A stretch of 64,000 nt of DNA from Chrysomallon squamiferum (Eukaryota > Animalia > Mollusca), in contig CM022677.1 in assembly GCA_012295275.1 (NCBI GenBank), positions 11,904,001 through 11,968,000 of the forward strand, in the 5' to 3' direction. Positions 35,735 to 48,287 of this stretch are shown here, in pieces. A program made the translations under genes and the position numbers. Under the pieces are notes generated by a model. That model made no database searches and was not told where the DNA came from. It saw only the letters and a program-made list of their open reading frames with translations. Each line of letters opens with the position of its first letter. Position 1 is the stretch's first letter.

Positions 35735-37681
35735 AAACACTGTGTTACCTGTAAGTGTGACAGGCCTGCATCAAAGCTGAACAGGCCTACACGTCTACAG
35801 ACACAGTCAGTGACGAAATCAAAGGCAAGTTGTGTTAAAAGAAGTATTGCCATCGTTATCGTTGTCGTTATTCAGCGCACGCAATAAGAAGAACGAAGAT
35901 AAATAGACGTCGGTTCGCCTTTTTTTCTCTTGTTTTCTTTTTTTTTCTTGTTTTCTTTCTTTCTTTTTCCTTCAAATTTTCAGGCACTGCCGGACAATTC
36001 GGCAGTTGCCTCATCTATTGACGAATAACCTACCCATTTACAATTGACCAGTTCCTCTTCACATTAAGAATTAGTAAATTCTGTCTTAATTGAAAATAAC
36101 GACGATTACGATTTAATTTATAAAATGATCAGACACGTTGTTGTGGTTGTTGTTGCAGTTACTCCGAAAACATCTTTACGAATGGAAGATCGAGCCCACT
36201 CCACAGAGAACAGTGTGCCTAGTGTGCGTCGGTGCCGTGGACTCGGTCTTGCATGCGTTTTTTTGTTCACTGCACCAAAACGAACTCATTTATTAAACGT
36301 ATTGAACACTGTTGAAAAAAAGCAAATAAACCAAATGAAAAAAAACACAACAACTTTTTGGCAGCACCAAGTTCAAACTAAATCCGTATAGAATGATTTT
36401 TGGAATCATGCACACAAACGTGGCGGCGGCAACTTTGCATCGAATTTAGAGATTATTTTTCTCTGGTAATTTCGACGACTACACGAAACGAGAATTATTA
36501 GAGGGAGATAAGCCGTGTAAGGAAATGAAGGCTGTGACAGTGAACGGATGAAACCCGATGTCTTTTTTTATTTTTATTTATTGATAATTTTTTTTTTTTG
36601 GAGTGACCGTGTTGTGTATATCTGATTGTGTGTGTACGTATGTTATTTCAGCTCGCGCCTGCGTGTGTATGTGTCTGTGTGTGTGTGTGCGTGTGTGTCT
36701 GTGTGTGTGTCTGTCTGTGTGTGTCTGTGTCTGTGTGTGTGTGTCTGTGTCTGTGTGTATGTGTGCGTGTGTGCGTGCGGTTTGAAAAACGTATCTTCCA
36801 AAGTAAAATTGAATTGCGAGATCACGACGGCGCGATGGTGAATGTATTTTCATTTCGATTTTGTTGTTGTTGTTGTTATTACCTTATTGTATCCGGATTG
36901 TATTGAGATCAGATCACGGACTGTCCGAGAATATGACTGTGTTTGTTGTTGTTGTGTTTTACCCACAGCATGGCTCTGATGATGGCTACCAATTCGGCCG
37001 TATACACCGAAAGGTGATTTCTGATACGGCCGAATTGTATGCATGTGGGTTTGTTTGTGTCATCTTGGGCTATGAAGGCGAATCCTACTCTCCCGTTGTC
37101 TGGGTTTTTGGATCCGTCAGTGTAGATGTGCGTGTGTTGTTTGTAGTGGTCGTTTGCTGCTGCCAAGAAAATGTCTTTTTTGAACAGTGGGATCTCTGTT
37201 TTGTCAGTTTCTCTTTTGATCAGGAAAGGTGCATCTGGTAGAAACTGCCGGGCTGTCGTCATGGTTACCAAACGTTTTAGCAAACTATCACCCAAGTTAC
37301 TATGATATGATGGTAGCATCATTCGTTCAGAGATGAAAAGAAGAATGAACAAAACACTTCATATGGAAATGAAGAAAAATTATACAACAACAAGAACAAC
37401 GACAACAACAATAATAATTATAATAATTTTGATGATGATGATGATAATGACGGTAATAATAAATAATAACAAGAACAACAATGGATATTTAGCTGGGAAG
37501 CCGTTGTCTTTTTTTCGCTACAGACTTCAGTTCCATTTTACATGTGCAGTGATCACACTTCTGTACTTGTATACTTCTTTTAACACAACTTGCCTTTGAT
37601 TTCGTCACTGACTGTGTCTGTAGACGTGTAGGCCTGGTCAGCTTTGATGCAGGCCTATCACACTTACAGGTAACACAGTGT
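35735..37681. repeat. ~110 bp inverted repeat pair (35735-35848 / 37571-37681)
   Basis: ACACTGTGTTACCTGTAAGTGTGA...GTTAAAAGAAGTAT and its reverse complement. Confidence 0.9.
36892..37231 (-). mobile_element. Duplicated LINE-A RNase H fragment
   Basis: YTDGSKNPDNGRVGFAF...AELVAI; near-identical to 22346-22687. Confidence 0.9.
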
Positions 37682-37794
37682 CCCCAAATCCCTAACTGGC
37701 CCACAAAATGTCCCAACCGGACTGACCACCGTTCCGGAGTCCCCCCCCTCCAGCCAAAAGATAAAAATAAAAAATAGAAAACCCACCCAACTGT

Positions 37795-38218
37795 CCCATC
37801 TTCCCCAGAACAGCTACCAGTCAGCACAGCAAACCGATATTCTACCCTGGACATGGTTAACATCGCTGTCCCCCAACAGGGCTCCCACAAATCACTCAAA
37901 CTGTCCGCCAGTCCCCCTAGACCCGCTAAGTCACCAATCCCCGGGCTGAGGCGGGTTTTGTTTAACAAAAAAAAACTCGACTCTGTACGAAGCCATCTTC
38001 TTCCAACAGTCCGTCTCGCGACTGTTGGACGACACATTATTCCACACCCGGCTGTCTGATGAGATTACCTTCGTCAGGGCCGAGTCGGACAGCTCACTCA
38101 TCAAACTGGGTACGAGCATGGAACTGATGCCCAACCCCACAGAGTGTCAAAAGGTGTGTGTCACACTCGAGAGGTGTACAGAGGAACCTCGAGAGAGGAG
38201 GGAACCCACCCACGTAAA
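37795..38218 (+). mobile_element. Inverted copy of the LINE-B ORF1 5' region (~32961-33400)
   Basis: NIAVPQQGSHKSLKLSASPPRPAKSPIPGLRRVL and RLSDEITFVRAESDSSLIKLGTSMELMP are shared with the ORF at 32678-33325. Confidence 0.92.
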
Positions 38219-41200
38219 TATTATGTATGAAAATAATCAGATTCCTATTTTTATTTTTTTTAAATCATTGGTCCATGCTAATGCAGGGCTCGAAATGACC
38301 AATCGCCAGGTCACCAAATGCGAGCAAAGTTCCGTTTAGGCGACTAGGGTGTTAACAAAATTATGGGTTTATCGCCCAACATTTTTTGTAGCAAATATTT
38401 AATTCACATAAAAGGATTACACATAATTCCATAAGTTGGTGTATCGGCTTACCTTATTTGCCGACATCTATTTATAGACACTAATGCTAAAGTGAAACCA
38501 GAGAACATTTCGAACCCATACCTTAAAGAATTATCGGTTGGTTAACGGAGCAAGTTAGATTAGTCTATAAGCAAGTGTTTGCTATTGTTTTTCCTTTCTA
38601 GTCAAGCATTTATTGGCTAAAGTGAAGACAGCCAACAAATCTAACGAACTTTTAGACCGTAAAGTTAAAGAATTATCGGTTGGTTAACGGAACAAATTAT
38701 TATGGGAGATAACTCGATAACCTTGTATTTGCTACTGTTTTTCCTTTTCAATTCCAGAAGAGTTACTTATCCAGATTAAAAAAAAATAATAATAAGAATA
38801 TATAAAAATGAAAATAAAAATAAAATAAAAAATACTAAAATGAAAAGTTGCATATTTTGTAGAGCAAAGTCATTGATTTTCTTGTTTGTGTCACATGCTA
38901 AACTTTACTCACTGTCGTCATTTCACGTTGATTTTATTTGTATTTCTTTTGAAAAATCCAGGTGTATAATACTTATTATAGTATGCCATCGTGAATAATC
39001 ATCAGCTTGAAAGTTGAAAAGGTCAGTAATAGATATTCATAAGAAAAGAAAGAGTAAGTTCTTCTCGAGTAATATTATTTATTTATGTTAGAGACGTATA
39101 GAATTAAATTTGGAAATAAAAAAAATGTTAAGTGTTAAATCAATTGTAATATATTTTATCTGGATAAACAAGACTCACTAAAATGATTTTTATATATATA
39201 TATTTTCATCTAGATTAGCACAGTTATTTTTAATAATTTACCACTGTATCAGTGTTATAAGAATTTAGATTGTTTTTGTGTTGAAAAGGATATGATACTT
39301 CTGGCAGGTCTTTCAACACACTCCTATGAACAAAACAGAGAGAACTTGTATGTGTTTTTCATTAGATTTTTTTCTAATTTAGCAGCAGATAATTTGTAAT
39401 TTCTCCTTCATTTTTATAGAGGACATTTGAATGTGTGTGTGTGTGTGTGTGTTTGTGTGTGGGTGTGCATCTGTCTGGGTGTGTGTATGTGTGTGTTTGT
39501 GTGTGTATGGGTTTACTGGTGTCTGCTTATATTTTGTATTGTTTGTTTACAGCATTAGTCAGAACAAACTCACAGCATTGCACACTGAATGGGTTAACTC
39601 TGAGAGAGAAAGAATATCATGTGGAAGACAATGTAATTCACACACTATTACATGTGAAGACAGAGAAAGAATAGTTCAATTTCTGTAGCATTTTCCTCAA
39701 GATTATGACTAATTTTGTTCGAGTCAGTCACAGGAACAAAAGGAGTAATTTGAAAATACTGTCTACATGTGAGACTAAATCTTCACTTTGGAGTGAGAAT
39801 CAACAGACTGCTATTGCACAGGGTAAGAATTCATTTTAATAATGTGTAATTTCTGTAACAGATCAAGTGATATTTACTGGAATCTGTTCTGAAACATATT
39901 TAAAGGAGTAAATATAATTTTAAGTATATTGTATGAATTCTTAGATTAATTGATTTTCTATTGCATATGCTTTTGTTTGCTATTTTAAATTTTGTTTTGT
40001 TTTCTATTTTTAAGAAAAAGCTGTCTTCTTCAGTTTGATGTCACTGACATTGATTTTTAATGTTTTTTAGGTCATCATTTATCATGGAACATGTTATTTT
40101 TATTGTCCCAAAACAGATCTGTGCTGGCAGTCCTAACAATGAGAAGATAGAGCAAACTGCCAGTCTTCCAGCAGAAGAGAAAATGAGAGTGTTTGGAGAG
40201 CAATTTGAGCATCTACACATTGTGGAAGCAGAAAGAAAAGTTATAACACATTGGTAGACAAGTGTAAAATTGTAATTTCTGCAGCTGATATAATCTGTCT
40301 TGGTCAACATCATCCCAGTTCATTTCCTGCTACAGTCTGCCATTTTTTTTGTAACTTTGAACAGAAAGTTCACATTCCAAACAGCCCACTCCAGCCAGAA
40401 CCAGTTTACTTCATTGTGTCAAGAAAATGTGTAATTTTAAAAATATGTGTCAGCAAATCTATCAGTTGGCGAGTCAGTTAATCTGTTAATTAATTAATTT
40501 ATATAATTATTTTGTGTTGGTATATTTGCTTTTTGTTTTATTTGTTACTGTGTATGCTATTTATTCTCTTTGTTACTGTGTATGCTGTTTATTTTTTGAA
40601 TTCTATTTTATATTATGTTTTTGAATTTATTTAGTCAACCATTTATATCTGTTTATTTGTTTGAATTAAAGTTTGGCTCTCAGTTTTTCACTGTTGCTAT
40701 CCAGATGTTTTTGAGTGTAAATTCAATTTTTAATTCATTGAAAAAGTAATGGAGCATATGGACAGAATTTGAACAGAGAACTAAGTAATGTTTCATGGTT
40801 TCAGAAATTCCACATCTACAGTTTGGTGTTGTGTTTATTTTGTGTTTGATTTTGATTGAGTTTAGATTGGTGGAGTAGCAGATTCTGAGTGTGGTAAGGT
40901 TGTTGTTATGTAGTTTGTTACTAAAATAATTTTGGGTTTTGATGATGAATGATGTAACTTTTGTTTATTTTATTTGTTTACTAATATAACATTCACCAAC
41001 TCTGTTCTCCATTTCAATATGGCTGACTGTTGTTTAAAAACTGGACTGTTGTGAAAGGTATGTTTTAATTGTTGTCTTGTTTTTTTTCACTCATTTGGCT
41101 TTGTGTTGTTATTGTTGTTGATGTGCAGACTGTTTTACTATTTTGCTGAGTCAGAGTTTCAGGATTAGTGAAGGTAATTTCCAGTAAGAAAATGTTGATC

Positions 41201-41876
41201 CCAGATGTTTACACTGGGACCAAAAGCCTTTAAGTTTTGTGTTCATCTGTAAATAAATTTTCCTTCGGTTGTCACTTTTTGTTATGATTTCTGCTGTTTT
41301 GCTGATTGAGGAGATTTGTGACTTGATAAGATATCTCAGTTTTTTTTCTGTTTGGAGATTGGCTTTGTTCTGTATGTGTATGCTGTGGTATATATGTTTG
41401 TTTGTAAGGATACCAGAATGTCCACTTTTTTATTATTTTCCATTCAGGGTTTTGTCTGAGAGTTTGTTGGTGATTTATAATGTTTTTTTATTTATCGCCT
41501 TTTGCTTCTGGTCAACTTTTTCTTTTTTTAAAATCAAATTTGGCCTTTTTAACCTGCTGTATTTTGAAAATCCTAATTTTCATTTTTGAATCATCTGAGT
41601 TAATGTTTTTTATGTCTTCCATGGTTATTTTTTTTATAGGTGGTTTGTTGTTGTTTGTCCTGGTTCTGAAAGTTTAATGTGTGCAGTTGTGTGTATAATT
41701 CAGTGTTAATTATGTGTCTCTATTTACTTCAACACGCACACATACACATACACACTTAAATATACAAACACACATACACATATTATTTTATTTAGTGTTT
41801 TATTTTTATATTTTCATTTCTTAGTTGGTTACATTGCAAAGTTAAAAATGTTTCTTCCTTTTAACTGTTATAATTA

Positions 41877-41916
<40 letters not shown>

Positions 41917-43333
41917 GTATATGACTGTGTGTGTGTTTTTCTTTTAACAATTTTGGAGCTCTTATTTTAAAAATAAAAAACTGACTGGATGGTGATTTAA
42001 GTGTAAAAAAAATTATAGGTTCACTTCATTTTATTAAAAATGTGCTTTTCATTCCTATCTTTGCAATTAAATACACATTTTAATAATTTGTAGTTTAGTA
42101 ATTATTTATTTATTTATTTATTTTCATGGGTTTTACAATTTCTTTTTTGTTGTTTGATTTGTTGTTTTTTGCTTTGTTTTCTTAGATCTTTAACTTTTTT
42201 TTTTAATTTTAATTTAATTTGGTCTGTATTTGAGAAAAAAAAATTGCAATAGCTTAAAGGCTTTTTTATCATGTATCTTGTTCTTTTTATGTGATATGCT
42301 TGTGAAATCCATTTTGTCTTCTTTTCAGTTTGCTTTTCTTGTTTTATCCTATTCACCCTCGTGCCTTAGTCACCCGCATATGGGTGGAGCTACTGATAAA
42401 CGCAGGCTGAAGTTTGTACAAGCACTAGGGGCTTTTAAGATTAAACTGGTAATTAAATATTAAAAAAAGTAACATTGCTTTTGTTTACTGACTGAAAATA
42501 TAGAAACTTATCTAGTGATCATATATTGCAATTATTGATAGCTATCTGTGCATACACATACACACACATTCACGCATGCACTCACACATTGTGTGATAGA
42601 GGTAAGCTGATGAAATATTGATGAGTGTAAATAAAATATATATGAATCCATGGTTTTTGTTTACACTGGTGTGTGTTGGTGTTGGTGTACACATTTGCAT
42701 ACAAAAACACACATACACAACAAACACATAAATTAAGCTATGCATTTCTTTATTTATTTTTTATTTGTTTTTCATCCATTTTCCAATCCAGTGCCTCCTG
42801 CAAGCATTATTAGAGATTTTAAAAATAAATTTTGTAATATGATTTTAAATAATTACATATATTTATCTTGTCAAACAATTTATATTTGTTAAATACTTTG
42901 AGGTGTAAATAATGTTTATCAATATTCTGCCTTATAACATGATCAGTATAACATTCATTCAGAGATAATTTTGCATAGCTGATCAATAACCTGTCTTAAA
43001 GATATTAATATATCTTAGAACTGGATCCTCAGCAACTCATGTATTGACAGCAGCAGACTATTCTGTACTGGCAGAACAACTGAAACACTCACTAAGCTTT
43101 GTGCAGGCAAGTTAAAGTTTATTCAGCTTCTACGTAAAAGAAAATCATCTCAGTACTAGATTTCAAGTGCAATTAAAGACTATTTAATTCTCATTTATTT
43201 ATATATTTATATATTAATTTATTTATTCTTTAATTTCATGCTTACAGTTGATGGTGACTGGTCTGCATGGTCACTTCAGAGACTGGGTAGTTGTAGTGAA
43301 ACGTGGTAGAGGCACTAGAACAAGATTTGAGAT
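38219..43333 (+). repeat. Segmental duplication, copy 2 of 12577-17831
   Basis: Collinear with copy 1; lacks ~13335-13645 and has an extra ~39680-39932. Confidence 0.95.
39535..40440 (+). pseudogene. Sola-like transposase remnant, copy 2, with an apparent intron at ~39823-40070
   Basis: Same motifs as 14225-14915, plus RIVQFL...NLKILSTCETKSSLWSE...AQG|GTAAGA...TTTTTTAG|SSFI. Confidence 0.65.
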
Positions 43334-43398
43334 ATGAAAATGCACAGGTATGAAGAGGAATCTTCAAGAAGCATGTGAAACAAATGTCTTATGTCCAG
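43248..43398 (+). pseudogene. TSP1 pseudo-exon
   Basis: AG|VDGDWSAWSLQRLGSCSET-(2-bp deletion)-GRGTRTRFEI*KCTG...EACETNVLCP|GT. Confidence 0.85.
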
Positions 43399-44030
43399 GT
43401 AACAAGCAATAATTAAATCAAATATATGTAATTTTCTTTTAAACAAATTATATACAGACAGGTGGGCATATTGTTTCCTGTGATGCATTTATGCATCTCT
43501 TCTAAGATGACAATAAATAACAATCTCTACATTGTGAGTAAAGGTATTGTCATTAAGTAATCTGAGGAATAAAATTACTTTTCTGCCTACAAAAGTGAAA
43601 AATGATTTAAATAACAAAATATTTATTTCACTAAAAAAGAAATATGGCTGTTTCAGTTGTTAATGGTTTGGTGAAACTTTAAGGCTAATGAATTACATTA
43701 GGTTTGTTGATTATCACAATAGTAAAGCATTAAGCAGCACATTTCTAAAGTGATACATATATTCCATTTATAAAAAAAAAAATGTTTTCTTTTATAAAAT
43801 CAAAGTGTTATTACTTGATTTTCTTTTAACGTTTCATTAAAAGATTTGTTATAACTGTTCTTTGATTAAGATATTAATATATCTTGGAATATCTTGTACA
43901 GTCTGAACATATATTTGTTATTTAATTAAGATAATAAAAGATCTGGGTTCTTCACATAAAAAAATCACTATAACTGTTATTATGTTTGTAAGTTCCGCGT
44001 ATATGAGTAAAAATGATTTATATTTTGTTT

Positions 44031-44300
44031 TGGGGTTCATGGTCAGCATTCAGTGCAGTTACAGCATGCTCAGTAACCTGACAAAAGAGAAAAAAGAATT
44101 TGTGAGAATGATGTGCAAGGTGGTAATTGGTGTGGAGACAAAACACCTCAAACTGAAACAAAAACTAAATCGTGTTCAGCACAAAATCCCTGTCCAGCCT
44201 GGGGAGCATGGAGCTCATCTGTTTATGTTGTCTGTTCTGCATCATGTGGAGCTGCTACTCAGACTGGTAATAGGACTAGATAATGGACAACACGCGTTAT
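44031..44300 (+). pseudogene. Two further degenerate TSP1 repeats
   Basis: WGSWSAFSAVTACSVT* ... CGDKTPQTETKTKSCSAQNPCPAWGAWSSSVYVVCSASCGAATQTGNRTR*. Confidence 0.8.
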
Positions 44301-44552
44301 CAGAATTTGTAACCATGACAACTCTTCAAGAACTATATAAGAGAGAGAGAAAGAGAGTAATTAATAATTAAGTTGTTGTTTTAAAAAAAATCTCTAAGTA
44401 TGTCAAAATGATATTGACATTATAATTGTATAAGTGAATGCTGTTCTTTTCTTAACCGTAAACACCAAAATAATATTTACTTTTCGAGCTGAAGAATGGC
44501 CTGAATGGGCTAGCTACAAACTGATAAAAGCAATCTACAAACTGATACAATA

Positions 44553-45769
44553 TCTGAGACAGTAGCTACAGAGACAAACCTGTACAAGCATTGACATCTC
44601 TGAGACAGTAACTACAGAGACAAACCTGTACAAGCATTGACATCTCTGAGACAGTAACTACAGAGACAAACCTGTACAAGCAGTGACATCTCTGAGACAG
44701 TAGCTACAGAGACAAACCTGTACAATCAGTGACATCTCTGAGACAGTAACTACAGAGACAAACCTGTACAAGCATTGACATCTCTGAGACAGTAACTACA
44801 AAGACAAACCTGTACAAGCAGTGACATCTCTGAGACAGTAACTACAGAGACAAACCTGTACAAGCAGTGACATCTCTGAGACAGTAACTACAGAAACAAA
44901 CCTGTACAAGCAGTGACATCTCTGAGTCAGTAACTACAGAGACAAACCTGTACAAGCATTGACATCTCTGAGACAGTAGCTACAGAGACAAACCTGTACA
45001 AGCAGTGACATCTCTGAGACAGTAGCTACAGAGACAAACCTGTACAAGCAGTGACATCTCTGAGACAGTAGCTACAGAGACAAACCTGTACAAGCAGTGA
45101 CATCTCTGAGACAGTAACTACAAAGACAAACCTGTACAAGCAATGACATCTCTGAGACAGTAACTACAAAGACAAACCTGTACAAGCATTGACATCTCTG
45201 AGACAGTAGCTACAGAGACAAACCTGTACAAGCATTGACATCTCTGAGACAGTAGCTACAGAGACAAACCTGTACAAGCATTGACATCTCTGAGACAGTA
45301 ACTACAGAGACAAACCTGTACAAGCATTGACATCTCTGAGACAGTAGCTACAGAGACAAACCTGTACAAGCAGTGACATCTCTGAGACAGTAGCTACAGA
45401 GACAAACCTGTACAAGCAGTGACATCTCTGAGACAGTAACTACAAAGACAAACCTGTACAAGCGTTGACATCTCTGAGACAGTAGCTACAGAGACAAACC
45501 TGTACAATCAGTGACATCTCTGAGACAGTAACTACAGAGACAAACCTGTACAAGCAATGACATCTCTGAGACAGTAACTACAAAGACAAACCTGTACAAG
45601 CAGTGACATCTCTGAGACAGTAACTACAGAGACAAACCTGTACAAGCAGTGACATCTCTGAGACAGTAACTACAGAGACAAACCTGTACAAGCAGTGACA
45701 TCTCTGAGACAGTAACTACAGAGACAAACCTGTACAAGCAATGACATCTCTGAGACAGTAGCTACAGAG
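44553..45769. repeat. 46-bp minisatellite, ~26 copies
   Basis: Unit TCTGAGACAGTA(G/A)CTACA(G/A)AGACAAACCTGTACAAGCA(G/T/A)TGACATC; the first two units start at 44553 and 44599. Confidence 0.97.
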
Positions 45770-46054
45770 GCAGACAATGTTTGCCTGTTTATACTGTAAT
45801 TTTATTAGTAAAATATTTTCTAAACTGATTATATTACTAAACAAATTTATTTCAAATATTAAAATAGCCATTATATTAATGTATAAATTAAGAAACTGGA
45901 TATAAATTATTATCATGATTAGAAATCAGAATCAGAAATTAAAATAGATATTTTATTAAAACAAAAGGACAATAATAAGTAACACATTTATTTTTGTTGA
46001 TTTACATACAGATTACTATGTGCTGAGAATCCAGAGGAAAAAACATTCATGGCC

Positions 46055-46061
<7 letters not shown>

Positions 46062-46138
<77 letters not shown>
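46062..46138. repeat. (CT)n microsatellite
   Basis: Directly visible. Confidence 0.97.
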
Positions 46139-46141
<3 letters not shown>

Positions 46142-46360
46142 AGTCTGTCTATCTGTATATCAATCTTCTTTGTGTGTGTATGTATTTGTGTGTGTGTGTG
46201 TGTGTGCAGGTGCAGAAGTCATATATAATATTTGTTAAGATCTATACTAACATTGCATCCACTGAATTATGTTTTATCTCATCCACAGACAGGTTCAGTT
46301 AAATTCTTCACTAACCATGAGAACGTGCATTTGAAGCCACCTTTCTGGTAAGCAAGTAAT

Positions 46361-46411
<51 letters not shown>

Positions 46412-46965
46412 GTTTAGTTTACTCTCTCATTATCTCTGTGGGAGTTAATAGCTATATATACAGTGTTATATACATTTAGAATTTAAAAAAACCCACATCT
46501 TTTTATTATCCATATATTATCCATATATTTTTATTATCCACACACACACACACACAAAAATATTATAAATGCATATACGTTACAGACATATGATAAAGGT
46601 TACTGTGAGATATTATAAATATATGGGGAACACACACATACACACACGTGTAGAAAGATTTATTTTTGTTTATTTATTTATTTTTTTTTTTTAACATTTT
46701 TCTATTAATTTAACATCTACTTTATTTTTTTTTTTTTTTTTTTGTTATTACTTTTATAATTATTTTTTTAATCATATACTTACTTAAATTAACTCTTTTT
46801 ATCTTTTTATTTTCTTTAGTACTATACCTTTCCATAACATCTAAAAAACATTTTTGCTTACATATAATTTTTCTACTTAAATGTAATCACTATTATTACT
46901 TTTTGTATATCTTATTTCATTTATTTTTCTATACTTCAAAATGATTTTATGTTGTGTTTTAATCA

Positions 46966-47001
<36 letters not shown>

Positions 47002-47122
47002 TTCATTTCTATTTATTTATACCTAATTCTTTCCAGTTAGGTTTATTTATTCTTCTTAATAAGATTTTTATTGTTTTGTTTTTTAAATTAAAATTCAATC
47101 TCTAAACATTATTTTCTTACAG

Positions 47123-47218
47123 GGCTTCCCTGTCACAAGCTGGAAGAAATCAGAGTTTGTGTATCTCACTGTCACTGTTCAGGCTGGAAGCAGAAAATGG
47201 AAGCTGAAAGAGAACATG
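47123..47218 (+). other. Candidate isolated exon, product unknown
   Basis: TTTTCTTACAG acceptor and G|GTAATA donor around a GC-richer island in very AT-rich DNA. Confidence 0.3.
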
Positions 47219-47435
47219 GTAATATATGTGTTGTTGTTTAAGTGTTTGTGGGTCTAGAGGTGTATGTTTGTGTTTGTAGCATGTAAAATGTTATTTCATA
47301 ATCTCTGTACTTAATTCTTGTTTAAATGAACTTATATCTGATAATGTAAAAAATAAAAATTCAAAATGAAATTCAGAACAAAATGAATCAACATAAACAC
47401 CAGGGTGTGTGTGGGTGTGGGTGTGTGTGTGCGTA

Positions 47436-47472
<37 letters not shown>

Positions 47473-48207
47473 TTGAGTGTGTGTGTGTGTGTGTGTGTGG
47501 TCGCTATTTTGAATTAACATTTCATTCTGCTCTCTTTATTTTAATATAAAAATTTATTAAACTATTCGTTGCAGCTTCATATATAAGGCAATACAGTTAC
47601 TTACAATAACAATTAAGAGAAAGCAATTAATCAACAGTCCAGAAATTTAGTATTAAAATGGTTCTGGTTAATTCTGGTTAATAAACAATAATAAATTAAT
47701 TACCAATACTGTTTGAACTGTATAGTGACTTTATTGATAACCCTGTATATATATATATATATAAAAAATATTAAAGTATCACATAACAGTAAAATTTAAT
47801 TAACAATAATATTTATAAAAAATTTAATTTTTCTGCTCCCAGTATAGGATTAATTCAGTGTTATCTGGATATTGGGACTGATGAAAAGGATGGCTATAAA
47901 GAAGATTTGGATAATGTAAATTGATGCTGCACATTCATATTGAATAAACTTCTAACAATACCTCATTTAATGACAAACATTATAAACTGTAAAATATTAA
48001 TATCTACAAAATGAAATGTTTTATAACAAGAGATTAATTAAAATAAGCATCGGTTCATTGTTAATAAAAGGTGTTTTTTTAATTGACATACAGTGCAGTC
48101 ATGTTAAACAGTAATAACTGAATTGTATTGTTACACTGGCCATTGCTTTATCTCTTTCATTTATCAACTGAATTAAGTTAAATGTTTTTCTTTATTACAA
48201 CAGTGTT

Positions 48208-48209
<2 letters not shown>

Positions 48210-48286
<77 letters not shown>
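48210..48286. repeat. (GT)n microsatellite
   Basis: Directly visible. Confidence 0.97.

Positions 48287-48287
<1 letters not shown>

Noticed and set aside
44553-45769. CRISPR-like regular array
   Set aside because: Units are contiguous with no unique spacers, there are no cas genes, and the context is eukaryotic.
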